From Giardia intestinalis (Eukaryota): a stretch of DNA of 64,000 nt. The DNA lies in the NCBI GenBank assembly GCA_000002435.2, contig CM018789.1. One strand, given 5' to 3'. A program made the translations under genes and the position numbers. Positions 38,516-50,700 of the stretch are shown one piece after another. Numbering within the stretch: the first letter of the stretch is position 1; each line of letters starts with the position of its first letter. The notes beneath the pieces are model-generated. The model was not told where the DNA came from, did no database searches, and saw only the letters and a list, made by a program, of their open reading frames with translations.

Positions 38516-39268
38516 TTAAGATGCTAGACTCTCCAGAAGCATTCTGCGAGCATCCTGAATGTCTCGCATAGCGCTAACCAGAGATGTCACACGCTGCTGA
38601 ATATTCGGTGTGAAAGAATCCAGCGGGGCCTCAGCAAGCTGCTTGCCCAGGCACACAAGTCTATCTTTGAGAGCCTCCGCAAGATAAGCTATGGAGATAT
38701 CTGTCTCCTCCTTTCGTTCTGCCTGGTCCACAACACCACCCTGTGAATCATCTCCCTTCATGCTCGGCTGGCTGGCAATCAGCTTAACCTTCTGTGCTAT
38801 CTGATGGGCAAGCTCCTCGCTATTTATCCTGGATTGTGGCTCCGCAAACGCCGCGTCAGAGCTTTGAAACCCACAGGATGCGCAGAGAACCACGCTGTGG
38901 TCGGATGGCTTACGAGCTAGAGGAATGTTGCAGCCACGTGGACACGAAAGTGCCGACATTGTGTAACCACGAAGAAGGAGACTTCCAAGTAAGGCCGATG
39001 GAGACGATGCTCGCTGCGCCTCCTTACTATCGCAAGATTCGTGTAACAAAGATGTCTTTTGAGTCGCACCTGCATTGTCGACTGGTGGAGACGTGGTCCC
39101 TTCGCACAGGGTCACCTTTTCCGCACAGTCAACGCAGTATGTGAACGGGTAGCTTTTGTGCCAGAGCAAGGCTGTACCGCACGTCCTGCAGACAGCCCGA
39201 GTGGGCGGCAGGACCCTCCACCCCTCCGCAAGGTAGCAGTCGACCGTCTTACCAGGACTAAAGGCCAT
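38516..39268 (-). CDS. zinc-ribbon protein, possibly SSSCA1 (autoantigen p27)-like
   Basis: The ORF-track start at 39277 is GTG; the first ATG is at 39268. LLLRGYTMSALSCPRGC...CASCGF resembles the SSSCA1 LLRGYRML...CxxC...CxxC zinc ribbon. A second CxxC...CxxC pair sits near the N-terminus. Confidence 0.4.
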   Translation of the reverse strand: MAFSPGKTVDCYLAEGWRVLPPTRAVCRTCGTALLWHKSYPFTYCVDCAEKVTLCEGTTSPPVDNAGATQKTSLLHESCDSKEAQRASSPSALLGSLLLRGYTMSALSCPRGCNIPLARKPSDHSVVLCASCGFQSSDAAFAEPQSRINSEELAHQIAQKVKLIASQPSMKGDDSQGGVVDQAERKEETDISIAYLAEALKDRLVCLGKQLAEAPLDSFTPNIQQRVTSLVSAMRDIQDARRMLLESLAS

Positions 39269-39353
39269 GGCGCCCACAACGCCGGAGACTATGTTTACTT
39301 TTATTACTATACTATCTTACTATAAATCGCTTATGAAAAAGTTGTCTATGATA

Positions 39354-40250
39354 TCACTGGGGTAGCCAGCGGTCAGCCAGATGGCGAAGAAAGGCCGGGA
39401 TGTCCTTCGGCTTCGGCAGATGCTCGTTCTTGGGAACCTCAATTCTAGATAGCCCGTGCTGAGCACGAAGCTTACGGCGAAAGTTCTGCCAGTAAGACTC
39501 AACGTGCTTCTTCTCAATGCGACGATCTGGGCACTCCATCCTCATGAACTCGAGAATGCTCATCGTCTTAGCATTCCCAATTCCCAAGCTAAGAACGGCC
39601 TTCAGGAAGCAGGTCTTCCACTCATCATCCCAGCGGTTGAGCGACTCTGCATGATTTTTCCCATGTCTCTTAAGGCCAAGACCGTCAGCTGGAAGAGCAG
39701 CGCGAGTCCCGACCGGCTGGAAACCCGAGGCCTCCTGGCAGATGGGAAGGTTTGCGTGCCACTCGCTAGGAAAGATACGGCCATGCGCCCCAGCGGCAGG
39801 CCCAAAGCCCCCATAGCCGGACTCCAAGGAGAAGTAGCCCTGCTCGCAGGTAACACAGGTATCGAGCTTAGACTGCGCGCCATAAGGGCAGGACTGGTTG
39901 GAGAAGAAGTTGGCGAGGGCGCTGTGTGGCCCGCTAAGAGCGTGTGCAAACGGCCCAGGTCCACTGGCGAGTACCCCTTGGCCGGAAACAGAGCAACCAC
40001 CGACAGCTTGGGGCTCGGTATAAGAAGGAAGGTCACTCGCAGCGACGACTGGTTCACAGCGGACAATCTCTTGTTCCGAAGGATGGCCTCGAGCCGAGGA
40101 GTCGTAGCCATGGACATCGAAGTCAAGCTGTTCCGGATCAAGAGAATCGGGGCCGTCATGGAGGCCTACGGGATATGGACCTCCCCCAAACTGGTCGCTC
40201 GGGTCGGGGAGAGCGAATGGGTCGGAGTTGTCAAACGAAAATCTGAACAT
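39354..40250 (-). CDS. Myb-like DNA-binding protein, single SHAQKYF/GARP-type repeat at C-terminus
   Basis: WDDEWKTCFLKAVLSLGIGNAKTMSILEFMRMECPDRRIEKKHVESYWQNFRRK fits W..E.H..F..AV..LG...ATPK.IL..M.V.GLT...V.SHLQKYR. ATG confirmed. Confidence 0.5.
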   Translation of the reverse strand: MFRFSFDNSDPFALPDPSDQFGGGPYPVGLHDGPDSLDPEQLDFDVHGYDSSARGHPSEQEIVRCEPVVAASDLPSYTEPQAVGGCSVSGQGVLASGPGPFAHALSGPHSALANFFSNQSCPYGAQSKLDTCVTCEQGYFSLESGYGGFGPAAGAHGRIFPSEWHANLPICQEASGFQPVGTRAALPADGLGLKRHGKNHAESLNRWDDEWKTCFLKAVLSLGIGNAKTMSILEFMRMECPDRRIEKKHVESYWQNFRRKLRAQHGLSRIEVPKNEHLPKPKDIPAFLRHLADRWLPQ

Positions 40251-40455
40251 ATATTTACTTTTTCGGAAAGCCTATAGGGATTAATTTTTTAGGTTAATTA
40301 CTTTAGTGTACCAAACAGGAATGGCGAAGATTATAGAGACAAGCCTAATTCACTACTTGAGAGCACACTTCAGTTGGAACACAAACATGTTTTTTAGATT
40401 CTGGTGAGAAAGCATTTTAATTTCATTTCTAGTTTCATAAAATGGCCCGGGGTGA

Positions 40456-41202
40456 ATGCCAAAGGGCTCATTCTGCAAGGTCAACATCTCGAACCCCGTC
40501 ACGGGTGCCAACAAGAGCCTCATGATAGAGGACTTCCGTAAATCGCAGACTATACACGGCCTCCGCATGGCGTCGGAGTTCGACGGCGCTGCACTCGGAG
40601 AGGAGTACGCTGGATGCACGTTCCGCATCACTGGGGGGAATGATGCCCAGGGATTCCCCATGTACCAGGGTGTCCTGAAGAGCCAGCGCGCACGCCTTCT
40701 TCTGAGGCAGGGTGCTAAGTGCTACCTTCACCGCCGCAACGGTGAGCGAAAGCGCAAGTCTATACGCGGTTGCATCGTTGGCCCCGATCTCCACGCCCTC
40801 TCTGTCGTTCTTGTCGACGCAGGGGACAAGACTCTTCCGGGCCTCACTGATGTCGTCGTCCCCAAGCGCCTCGTCCCCAAGCGTGCATCCAAGATCAGAC
40901 GCCTCTTTGGCCTTCCGACCACCAAGGTTGATCCCAAGGACCAGATGCTTGTCTGCGAGCTGATCAAGGAGCTCGGGCACGAAGTGACTCTCAAGAATGG
41001 TGAGAAGAAGCTCAAGTACCCAAAGGTCCAGCGTGTTGTAACAGACGAGAAGTATGCTCGCAAGCAGAGGGTCATTGCTGAAAAGAAGGAGATCATGAGG
41101 AAGTCTTTGCAGCAGCTTGAGGAGTACAAGGCTCTCCTCAGCAGAATGGGCAAGCAGCACAATATCAGGATATACAAGCCTGCTAAGAGGACGGTTGAGT
41201 AA
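40456..41202 (+). CDS. RPS6: 40S ribosomal protein eS6 (S6e)
   Basis: KVNISNPVTG..., ALGEEYAGCTFRITGGNDAQGFPMYQGVL..., GERKRKSIRGCIV, GLTD..VPKRLVPKRASKIRRLF are eS6 hallmarks. ATG confirmed. Confidence 0.9.
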   Translation: MPKGSFCKVNISNPVTGANKSLMIEDFRKSQTIHGLRMASEFDGAALGEEYAGCTFRITGGNDAQGFPMYQGVLKSQRARLLLRQGAKCYLHRRNGERKRKSIRGCIVGPDLHALSVVLVDAGDKTLPGLTDVVVPKRLVPKRASKIRRLFGLPTTKVDPKDQMLVCELIKELGHEVTLKNGEKKLKYPKVQRVVTDEKYARKQRVIAEKKEIMRKSLQQLEEYKALLSRMGKQHNIRIYKPAKRTVE

Positions 41203-41842
41203 ACAGACGTCTTTCTACGCGGGCCTGAATCTGTTCGTTGCAGCGTTGCCTTATTGCTGCGAAGTCAAATTCCTTGGGGTTAGTTGCCATGACTGCAGAC
41301 TCTGTGTCTCTCTGACTTGAGCAGGGTTCAACTGGGAACTCTGTGGGAGACGCAGGATACAAGTGAAAGTCCCGAGCATTAAGAGCAAGGTTTGGCTGTT
41401 CGCAGTGGACACCATAGAATGCAGGAAATTCCTTGGGCACGCCAAGTTCGTTAAAACGGCTAATGCATGACTCAGAACTGGAATCATTCCCAAAAACCCC
41501 GGCGTAGTGGCTCCTAATTTCTGTTGGTGTGCAGCTAACAGGCCGTGCATACCGTCGCCGCAAATATTCCTGCACTCTTTCTTGCCATTCTGGAGAGGAC
41601 TTTAGAGGAGCAGCTGGTGCAACTAGTTCCTCAGAAATGGACCTCCTGGGTGTGCCAGACACGACAGGGTAAGACTGCTCAATCGCTCGGTGTCTCTCAG
41701 CTGTTAAAGCTCTGACCTGCATCCGGTGGAGCGTAAAGCCTAATCGACGAAGACGTTCCTCTCGCTGAAGCAGGCCGCGTGCAGACATACCTGGAGGCGG
41801 GGGTGGGATCAGCATTCCTCTGAAACCTACCATTGGAGCCAT
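41183..41842 (-). CDS. hypothetical protein (219 aa)
   Basis: ATG confirmed. Its 3' end overlaps the eS6 3' end by 20 bp (convergent). Confidence 0.45.
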   Translation of the reverse strand: MAPMVGFRGMLIPPPPPGMSARGLLQREERLRRLGFTLHRMQVRALTAERHRAIEQSYPVVSGTPRRSISEELVAPAAPLKSSPEWQERVQEYLRRRYARPVSCTPTEIRSHYAGVFGNDSSSESCISRFNELGVPKEFPAFYGVHCEQPNLALNARDFHLYPASPTEFPVEPCSSQRDTESAVMATNPKEFDFAAIRQRCNEQIQARVERRLFTQPSS

Positions 41843-41864
41843 GATTTAAAAAAAGGTACAAGAT

Positions 41865-43361
41865 ATGACAACCCGCACCGATTACCTTCGCGACCAGCGA
41901 GACATGGGACACACGATAGAGCATTTATCATCTGTACCTGCACACTATGCAGACCCAGTGGACCTAAGCATATTTACGCCCTTCTTTGGAAATGATTTAA
42001 ACGCTATCCAAGAGGCGTCTGCGAGAATCGTCAACTCCGGTGTGCCGGTCTCCACCATCACCATACCTTCGGGACTAATTGTGCGCCTTATTGAGCTTCT
42101 TGATGAAGGGCCGCAATTTTGCCAAGTCGGCCTAACAATGCTCACGTTCATCAGTGCTGGGCTTACATTTAACATAAATGAGTTTATTGCAGGAAACTTT
42201 GTGGAGCGCGCCATCAATCTGTTTCTTTCCTCAAAGGAAATGCTCACCATGTCTTCGGTCATTATTATTATAGGTAACCTTATTGGTGACGGCACGCTGC
42301 TTATTGATACATTTCTGGAGACCGGGTTTGTGAACGTTCTGAGCGAGTTTGTGGAAGAACACAAGACCAAGTACAACATTCTCCCAGATATTTGCTGGTG
42401 CATATGCAATTTGACTAGGCACATTCGCGATAAGGACTTTCCATATACAACGGACCAGCTGCATACAATAGCCGGGGCCATCTCCAAACTCTTGCCCTTG
42501 GTCGAGAGTCACGAACAGGCCGGCTACTACTTAGGCTGGGCCCTTACATACTCCCTCGATAGTGCTCAGTGCGCAAATTACTACGATACCACGCATGCAT
42601 TTTTCTATGCCCTTAAATTCTGTAAGGTGCAGAAGAAGGTGATTGGCTCAACAATGGCCTTCTTCAAGAGCATTGAAGCCTTCCTAAAGCAAAACCTCTC
42701 TGGAGAGAAGCTTTCTCTACTAATTAAGGGGCCAATCTATCAACAACTCCTCAGGAGCAATACTAGTAGCATTCCAGCGACTGTGCACTCTATCTTGCTA
42801 GACATATGGATCTTGATCCTTCAACTAGACCTCAACGACAAGATGCTGGCGGAGCAAGCAGCACCACTAGACAGAGAACTGGTATCTAGCATCCTCTCCT
42901 CGTCGCGTGTTTCGGACCCGCTTGCCTATCTGCACGTTCCACTCACGCGAGACACTGTCTGTGAAGCACTTATGAGCATCTTTCCTTCTTTACTGCAGAT
43001 TAATAACTCTAACAGCGTGTCTGCGCAGAAGCGCATCATAGAACTTCTTAGCGAGTTTTTGCTGAAGGCATCTGTGGAAGCCTGTCAGCAGATAATTGGG
43101 TCCTCGGACTTCATTCGCTTCCTTGAGCGATCGCTGAATCCATGCTATACAGAGCAGCCAGGCTATACAAAGAAGCTTCTCGAGCTTATCCTGGGGGCCC
43201 TAGAGATTCCTGGAATCTCCGTAGATACGTTCCGGACTGATCTTTCGGAAGCGAATCTGATAACGGCCATTGCAGACCTGGACCAGGACACTGCTACGTC
43301 TATCCTTGTAGGAGACATATTGCATTACCTCGGGGGCTCAGAGGAAGCTTTTCCAGAGTAA
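41865..43361 (+). CDS. hypothetical protein, possibly armadillo/HEAT-like helical repeat protein
   Basis: ATG confirmed. Repeating about 40-aa amphipathic units (IIGNLIGDG, ICNLTRH). Weak call. Confidence 0.4.
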   Translation: MTTRTDYLRDQRDMGHTIEHLSSVPAHYADPVDLSIFTPFFGNDLNAIQEASARIVNSGVPVSTITIPSGLIVRLIELLDEGPQFCQVGLTMLTFISAGLTFNINEFIAGNFVERAINLFLSSKEMLTMSSVIIIIGNLIGDGTLLIDTFLETGFVNVLSEFVEEHKTKYNILPDICWCICNLTRHIRDKDFPYTTDQLHTIAGAISKLLPLVESHEQAGYYLGWALTYSLDSAQCANYYDTTHAFFYALKFCKVQKKVIGSTMAFFKSIEAFLKQNLSGEKLSLLIKGPIYQQLLRSNTSSIPATVHSILLDIWILILQLDLNDKMLAEQAAPLDRELVSSILSSSRVSDPLAYLHVPLTRDTVCEALMSIFPSLLQINNSNSVSAQKRIIELLSEFLLKASVEACQQIIGSSDFIRFLERSLNPCYTEQPGYTKKLLELILGALEIPGISVDTFRTDLSEANLITAIADLDQDTATSILVGDILHYLGGSEEAFPE

Positions 43362-43440
43362 ACTCTACGCTGTGGGAGTGCTGGAAGTGCGTTCATTGCG
43401 GGATACCACGTCGTTTACTGTCCTGGCATGCTAGGTAAAT

Positions 43441-44676
43441 CTAAGATTCGTTGGGACGTGGCTTGCAACAGGGGGCAGAGTAAAGTCTTGAAATGCGCGC
43501 CATCCCGATGACCGCAATAACAGGGAAGACAATTATCGGGAAAATGGATTCAACGGGTAAGTGATCCTCTGCCAGAAGAGCGGTTGCCAAGGGGCAGATG
43601 GTCAAGCAGAAGAAGACGTAATAGACTAAGGACACGACGATATATAGGATGTTGTGGAAAATACAGAACGCAATAGGGTTGTATCTGCTACGCATCCCTT
43701 TATACAGGGGTGCAATCTGGGTGAGAACGAGCGTGCCTACCAACGAGAACATAAAGACCCCAAGCATGATATCCGATTGGCTTATAGATGTCCCGTAAAG
43801 GCCTGTAATCAAGTTTGCAAAGAGGACAATGATGCCGTAGCCAAGAAGCATCTGAATGAAGACAAAAATGGTGCTAAGAATGATTGCCATACTGACCTTG
43901 TCGATGTAGGTGCTTCCCGGAAGTATGTGCCACATCGCATGGCCACTGAACATATACCCGTTTATCAGTGACTGGACAAACGCCCCCCACGTGCCCCACG
44001 AGTCGTTAACGCCTGAAACCATAACGTTGTTGGCAATCTGGCCTGCGAAGAAGGCCCAGAAGAGCCACGAGACACAATACATGCAGATAACCGCGCGAAC
44101 CGGGCACATCCCCTGCTTCACTAGATTGTTACGGAAGGTGTATCTGTGAAGAGCATTCAGAAAGAAGAATGAAACACACTTCCACTCCAGTAGCACATAC
44201 TGCTGCTTCGTCTGGCCAATGAACAAAGACGTGGCACCCCCTTCAACAAAAGAGATGAGGAACGCGCACGCTAAGCAGATAAAGAATATTATAGAGAACA
44301 AGCCCAAGCCAACAACTCTCCTTTTTTCCAACTGTGCAATCACACTGGGGTGTGCCATGACTCCCTCAGCGAAAATCCACGCTTCATAGATACACATAGC
44401 AAGGTACGTTCCGTACGTTATGAAGAGATCCGAGCGCAGGCCCATTAGAATGTAAAGTAGAGGAACTATGAAGAACGGAGTAAATACTATGATCATAAGA
44501 CTTGCCAGGAAGTTGGCGTTTTCACATCGAAGACACTTCGTCGTCCTCCTGTTAGACTCGGTTCCTGCGTTGGTATTCTCGTCCTCAGTGGCAATCAGAG
44601 CCTTCCCCTCCTGGACCTCTTGTGTATCCTGCCCCGTAGAGTGGGACACAGAAAGCTCTGCATTAGGCTCCGTCAT
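43441..44676 (-). CDS. multi-pass integral membrane protein (9 or more predicted TM helices), family unknown
   Basis: ATG confirmed. Alternating long hydrophobic helices after a hydrophilic N-terminus of about 50 aa. Confidence 0.55.
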   Translation of the reverse strand: MTEPNAELSVSHSTGQDTQEVQEGKALIATEDENTNAGTESNRRTTKCLRCENANFLASLMIIVFTPFFIVPLLYILMGLRSDLFITYGTYLAMCIYEAWIFAEGVMAHPSVIAQLEKRRVVGLGLFSIIFFICLACAFLISFVEGGATSLFIGQTKQQYVLLEWKCVSFFFLNALHRYTFRNNLVKQGMCPVRAVICMYCVSWLFWAFFAGQIANNVMVSGVNDSWGTWGAFVQSLINGYMFSGHAMWHILPGSTYIDKVSMAIILSTIFVFIQMLLGYGIIVLFANLITGLYGTSISQSDIMLGVFMFSLVGTLVLTQIAPLYKGMRSRYNPIAFCIFHNILYIVVSLVYYVFFCLTICPLATALLAEDHLPVESIFPIIVFPVIAVIGMARISRLYSAPCCKPRPNES

Positions 44677-44715
44677 ACTTTTGCTTCCAACTGAAAACCT
44701 TTTACACTAAAACAG

Positions 44716-47700
44716 TTAGTCACCTTTCTTACTCGACTCTGCCTTTCCCTTAATCATGGTAATCACATCGGACACAGCATTTCGGAACTCTATGTCGCTG
44801 TGCATATTGATGGCTTGCCGCAGGTACTTGACGCTGTTAATATCTGCAAAGACCTTTCGGACCTCATTATTGAGGAACAGGCGCCGGAGAAGGTCAATGA
44901 TGATCTTCTTGATCTCTAGGGGTTTTGTTCTCATGCACTCTATCAACAGAACGGGCAGATTGTATTTCGTAAACATTAGTATATCCAAATGAAGCAGGTA
45001 CATAAAGTTTAGAGTATTGCATGTTGCAGCAAGAGCTGCAGTGTCGGATAGGCGCATAATGTGTGTGAAATTGGCTAGGAACCCGTTGAGTGACTTTTCT
45101 ATGGCCGCAATCATCTGAGATAGGTCTTCCGTCATGATAAGCCCTCTGTGTGCATCCTGCATGATTTCCTCCTCTATGCTTTCAGCTGTCTTCTGGTCCT
45201 GGGTCTCTTTTTGTTCCTTCTTTCCCTTATTTCTTCCTCGCTCCTTCTCCTTCTTGGGCAGGGAAACTGGGGGGAGATTAAGGACTGGCGGCTGGGGAAG
45301 TAGCTGGTCCTGCTTCGCCATGGCTTCAGTGGCTTCGTGAGACCCTGCGGATGACAATGATTTGGCCAAGTTGTCTGAAGAAGGAGCTATGATCAGCTCT
45401 GCAATGGATGGTGCAGATGGCACCGGCGCTAGTGCCACCGGTGCTCCGCTGCCTATGGTAGGTCCTCGCAGCACACGAGGACGCTCCTGTGCAGCAGCGG
45501 AGCCGCGCATGGTGGCACTGAGCTGTGACCCCCGAATCATGCCTGGGCGTCCAAAGCTGGATGTAGCCGGGTTAAGACTTCCCATAAGAGAAACAGACAT
45601 CCCCATTGCGCCAGACGCTGCTAAGCTCGAGCCGATAGGGGTTGTGAATGAGGCAGATTGATTGACGGAACTGCCTATGTCAAACATGACAGACTCGGTG
45701 CTTGTAAAGATATCCGGCAGGTTATGGGTATAGTCGCCGCTGATCATTCTACTTAGATCTTTCTGAACGTTGCCAGTAATCCGCGAAAGATAGAGAGACG
45801 TGGAATCAACCGGCCCCTCCTCGGGCGGTGGCATCTCCTGGGCACCCTCTCCGAGCTCCTCGTCTAGTCGCGTGTGCAAGTGGTCCTTGACCTTCAGATA
45901 GATTCCTGCAATCCCAGCGTAAAGGACATCGATGATCAGCATGCGCAACTCGGAGGAATCGATAATCAAGCACTCTCCAAGAAGATTGCCTAGTTCTGTA
46001 ATGATTTTGTACCCGTAATTCTTACACAGAGGCTTCAGAGGGTACAGGGAGCGGATCAGTATTCGTGAAATGCTGTCTCCGTACTCGGTGGTCACATTAT
46101 CTCTGTGTGCAAGCATTTGCTTATAGACACGGAGTAAGGGGACCATTTCCGGGTTTATGGATCCACGTTGCAAGGCGTTCCAGAGCAGGGTGGAAATGTC
46201 TGTTAGCTCACTGAGCTTGAGGCCACGGGAGAATTCTTCGTCGGTCAACACTGAGATTTCCTCCTTCTGCGCCGTCAACTTTTCGTTGAAATAGTCGTAG
46301 AAATAAAGACAGTTACCACAAATGCGGTCAACTATCTGAAGGAAGTTAACATTGACTACCTCTTTCCAAAAGTCCGTACACAAGGACATTTCAGCAAGCA
46401 GCATGAGGCTGACTTCTCGTGCTTCTGACTTTAGCTCTATCGATCCGTAGATGACAGAGTCCTTTATTTGTAGGAAGGATGGATAAGGGATGTCGCGTGG
46501 TGTTTGTATGTTGAGGTCACCCCTCGTTATCTTCATGGTGGGTCTGCAGCATTCCCTAAGCGCGGTAAGGGCCCACACAAACATCTGAGTAGCAAAGTCT
46601 ATTCCTCGCAGCCTCCAAACAAACTTAACATACTTCGGATCGAGGATTCTGTAGAGGACCTTCATAAACTGAGGAATTCGGATGTGGCGTAGGAGAGAAA
46701 CAAGGGAAAGGATGCCGTCGACACCAAATGCATAATGAGCAGTTGTGCTTGTTGCATGAAGAATAATAACTAGACCCTTCTCCAGAAAAGTTTCCAAAGG
46801 GACTAACTGGCAAGAAAGGGCGTCGCTCGGTGTACTGTTGTCCTTTCCTAATTTATCTAATTGAAGGTTGATGCGTGCGTTGGAAGGAGAAGCGTGTGGT
46901 GCTGCAGAGTCGGCCACTTGGAGCGCAGTTTCACTTTTGGTGGTACGAAAGAAAGATCCAGAGGTCGCACCTTCGTGGAGCAAGGTGTTTGCTGCTTCGT
47001 ATTCATAGCTGTCTATTAGCTTAGCTCCACATAAATTGGTGACTGAGCGAAATTCTTTGTTGAGTAGAGTAACGCTTGCTGGCTGTGACGTGGACTCCTT
47101 TATCGTTTGGCTCGTCGATTCAATGAAATCAGAGACTGCCTCTGTCTCCTCAAATACTAGACAACTCTTCGTTGTAATATGCTCATGGCCTTCTGAGATA
47201 GGTTCAGTGAAAATCTTGTCTACAGATATTTGGGACAACAAAGAGGCTTCGTGGGGTTCCGACGGAAGTTGCTTAACGGACGGCTCCTTTTTTTCCTTGT
47301 CTTTGATGTTGCTAATTGCAGCGGTATTTTGGGAGTTGGCCAGAGACTCTCCTGTGGTGGTTAGAGACTGCGACATCGTCAATATTTGGCTTTGAGTGGG
47401 CTGGGTTTGGTACTGGTGCCGCTGAAACAGCTTCTTCCTCTCAAGGTCATCAATTGCAAACTTCGTGATATTGAAATGTTCACATTGGATGCTATTAATC
47501 AGGCTCAAGGCATCGTACTCTGTTTGATATAGTTTCATGAGAAGCTCGAGAAAGTGGAGCAAGTAATCAATGGTTCCCACGTTATTACGAGACATGGGTA
47601 TGGTTCCCCAAGCAGCGTTGTAGATGGAAAAAGAGTGGGCCCCTGCTAGTATCTCAATGCTCTCAAGCATGTGGCCAGGGAGGGTAGAACAGAGAATGTC

Positions 47701-50700
47701 AGGAGACATCACCCTATCGAACAGTACGGTAAGTATTTCATTGGGAGGCTTTGTGGAGAACAGATCTTTCTGCTGATTGAGCTTATAGCCCTGGCTATCT
47801 ATAAGAAGAGATATCTTGTTCTTCACCAAGGCCAGATAGATCCCTAAAAGGACATTGAGCAGCTGCATACAGGTAGAAACAATGGTGAGAGAATTAGCCT
47901 CCTCCTTAGCGTCTAGGTAAAGCACGGTGTCTACCAGATTGTTCTCTATGTCTTCGTCTTCGTCCTTGACCCCAATAACAAAATTAACGGAGTCATCGGA
48001 ATGGCCATCCACTTGTTGCGCGTCCTTCTTAGACTTTATAGTTAGTAGCCCGAAATCAGCCTTATCTATTTTCTCGCTGTCTCTCTCTGCAAGTGCCTGC
48101 TTGCTTGCACGAAGCATAATGCTAAATGCTACGTATATGAGGATCTCTGGGTGGAAAATCTTTGTCTGTTGCAATCGGTCGTAAGTCTCCGGAGTGATTA
48201 AGCTGATGAGAGCGTGAACCATGGTCGGCTGGAAAAGGTTTATATTGGTGTAATATCGTAGCAGACAGCGAATGAGGATTGTAAGGTACGTGTCATTCTG
48301 TGACACTTTGTCAACAGAAATCTGCTCGTCTGCACGGTCAGGCCCTTTGATTTGAGAAATAGTCCCTACGCCAGCGGGGCGTCCAATGCCGGGGAGCATC
48401 GGTGCTTTGTTTCCAATAATGGAGCGTCCGTGGACAGCAACAGAGGCGTCCTTTCTGGGGCTAGCAGCATTGTATTGTGTATGTGCTTGATAGTACTTTT
48501 TCACTTCTACCTCGATGGACGTGTCAACAGAGTTAGATGTGATGTGGCCCAAAACACCAGAGAGTCCGAATAATAGGCCTGTGTCCTTTCCGGCTACTTC
48601 TCCATCATCTGTCCGAGGAAGTTCTGACGGAGAATCCAGCAAGGAAATGAACCTTGCGGGGTTGATTCTACTCTCCACCATAATGGTGCGCATAACATAG
48701 AGAACATCCCTATCCTTTGTCGTTATCAAAAAGGGAATCAGGCGCTTATAGAGAGACAAGTAAGCCTCGTAGAAAAGGCGGACCATGAAGGTAAAGGAAA
48801 AGTCGTCCGAAAAGAACGATATGCTGCTCTGACACTCTAATCGGAGGAACTCGTTTTCAGCCACACAGTTAGAGCAGAGCTCTATTGACGGGTAGCAGTT
48901 ACAATAGGGCTTTTGGAATTGCATAAAGAGAGTTATCATGCGTTGCTTATATTCCCGCTTGATGTCTACGCCGCCATACGCCATCTGAGAATAATCAGCT
49001 TCGCCGTTGTTTTCGTCGTTTGCAAAGATTGCAGCCTGATAAGAATTGATCAGGGTCTGAAGCTCAACAAAGTCAGTGTACAGCGGGACGTAGTTGTAAA
49101 AGGGGATTGGGTTAGCCATTTTCGTCGTCAGGAAAAGCATCGCCTCTGGAGAGAAGATGTTTCTAACGGTAGTAAAGGACAACAGAAGAACGCCGTACTC
49201 CAGGGTGCTGGACTGCGAAGCCGTGTTGAGGAGGAGCATGTTGATGCTCAGACATACCATATAAACAGATGCCTGGGAGTATGCCTCTTCTGCAGTGTTG
49301 AGGTACGTTGGATCTAACACGCTGCGGAAATTAAACACGTGTGGAAACTTCATCGATGGAATGCGTAGGTTCTTTATCCGTGCAGTGGCATACACGGTAC
49401 AGATGCTGGCATCCACAAACGAAATAAAGGCCGAGAGAACAGAGATCATTGCTGGAGTCTGACAGTGAACTGTCATTGTGGTGGAGCTAGGGAGCGTGGC
49501 CTGCAACGTGCCCATCTCAAAGGGCTTCTGGACATCGAGAGAGTCTGTTGACGCGGGGGTTGGTTGAACCACTTCAAAGGCATACGTTCCCAAGTATCGC
49601 ATCAGCGCTCGAAGGCACTTCAGAACATCCTGGTCGTTGCTCCTGAAGAGGATGCTCTCCCCCAGATTGCCATTCAGGTTACTCAGCGCAGAGACCATCT
49701 CAGGGTTCTGATGAACATACATGAAGAAGATGGAAACTATCTTGCTCAGGAGATTCACACAACGGTCAAAGGAGATCTCTGTTTGCGGAAGAAGAAAGTG
49801 AGTTATAAAGATGTTTTCGCTATAGAGCAGAGGATCTATTCCGTTATAACGTATTTCCTTCGTCACAGTCTCACTGAAAGTGTGGGACTTCTGGCTTGTC
49901 ATTACGGCTCCCTGGGGATAAATGGTCGACGAACTCGTCGGAATAGCCTCCATGCGTTTCCTAAGCAGGTCGTCTTTCTTCTTAAGTAAATCTGCAGGTG
50001 GCTCGTCCATGATACCGTCGAAGAGAATGGAATCTCGGAACTTCAGGAGACTCATTGCAGTAATTACGTTGTTTGTCAGGCTAAACAGTGAAAAGTAAAA
50101 GAAGCTCCAGTAGAGGCTTATCGCTGGCATAAGTGTTCCATCTCTGATGCAGGTCTGAAATGCTTCAAGGAAAGTTATCCAACGCTCGAAGCCTATTCTG
50201 CCAATGAGATATGCAACGTTAGAAACCGCTGGATGAACCGTCAAATCCTCGAAATTAAATGGTATCACGACAGGGATTGCGTTATGCGGAAACTCCACAC
50301 CTCGTCGAAGATAGAAATGCATTTGCAGATTGATTCCAAAGAGCCGAAGAAGCATTATGAGCTCAATCTTTTGCTCTTCTGTCATGGCTCGCGCGTTCTT
50401 CTGAAGAGCTAGAACAAGCTTCTCAGTGGGTTCGTAGGTGGCTTGTATCTTTTTCTTTGTGGTGAATGATTCATAAAACAGATCATACGCTGACTCCACT
50501 ACTATGACTTCTGAACGATCTGACTGCATGGTCATGGAAGTCCCCATGCGAGTTGTGTCATTTCGGTGCCGCTTATGCTTCTCCTTTGTGCAGATGATCT
50601 TTTCAAGACGCGTCTCCGCTTCGGGAGCAGCGTAGGCAACGTTCTCGATGTGATATCTAAGCGTGTCCCTCTTGCGGATCTTGTGGCCGTTCTCTATGCA

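Noticed and set aside
39456..40277. 273-aa plus-strand ORF and 185-aa minus-strand ORF overlapping the Myb-like gene
   Set aside because: Only the 298-aa minus-strand frame shows a recognisable SHAQKYF/GARP Myb repeat and a confirmed ATG with an A/T-rich leader.
40468..41177. 230-aa and 149-aa minus-strand ORFs antisense to eS6
   Set aside because: The eS6 frame is unambiguous. The antisense frames are low-complexity.
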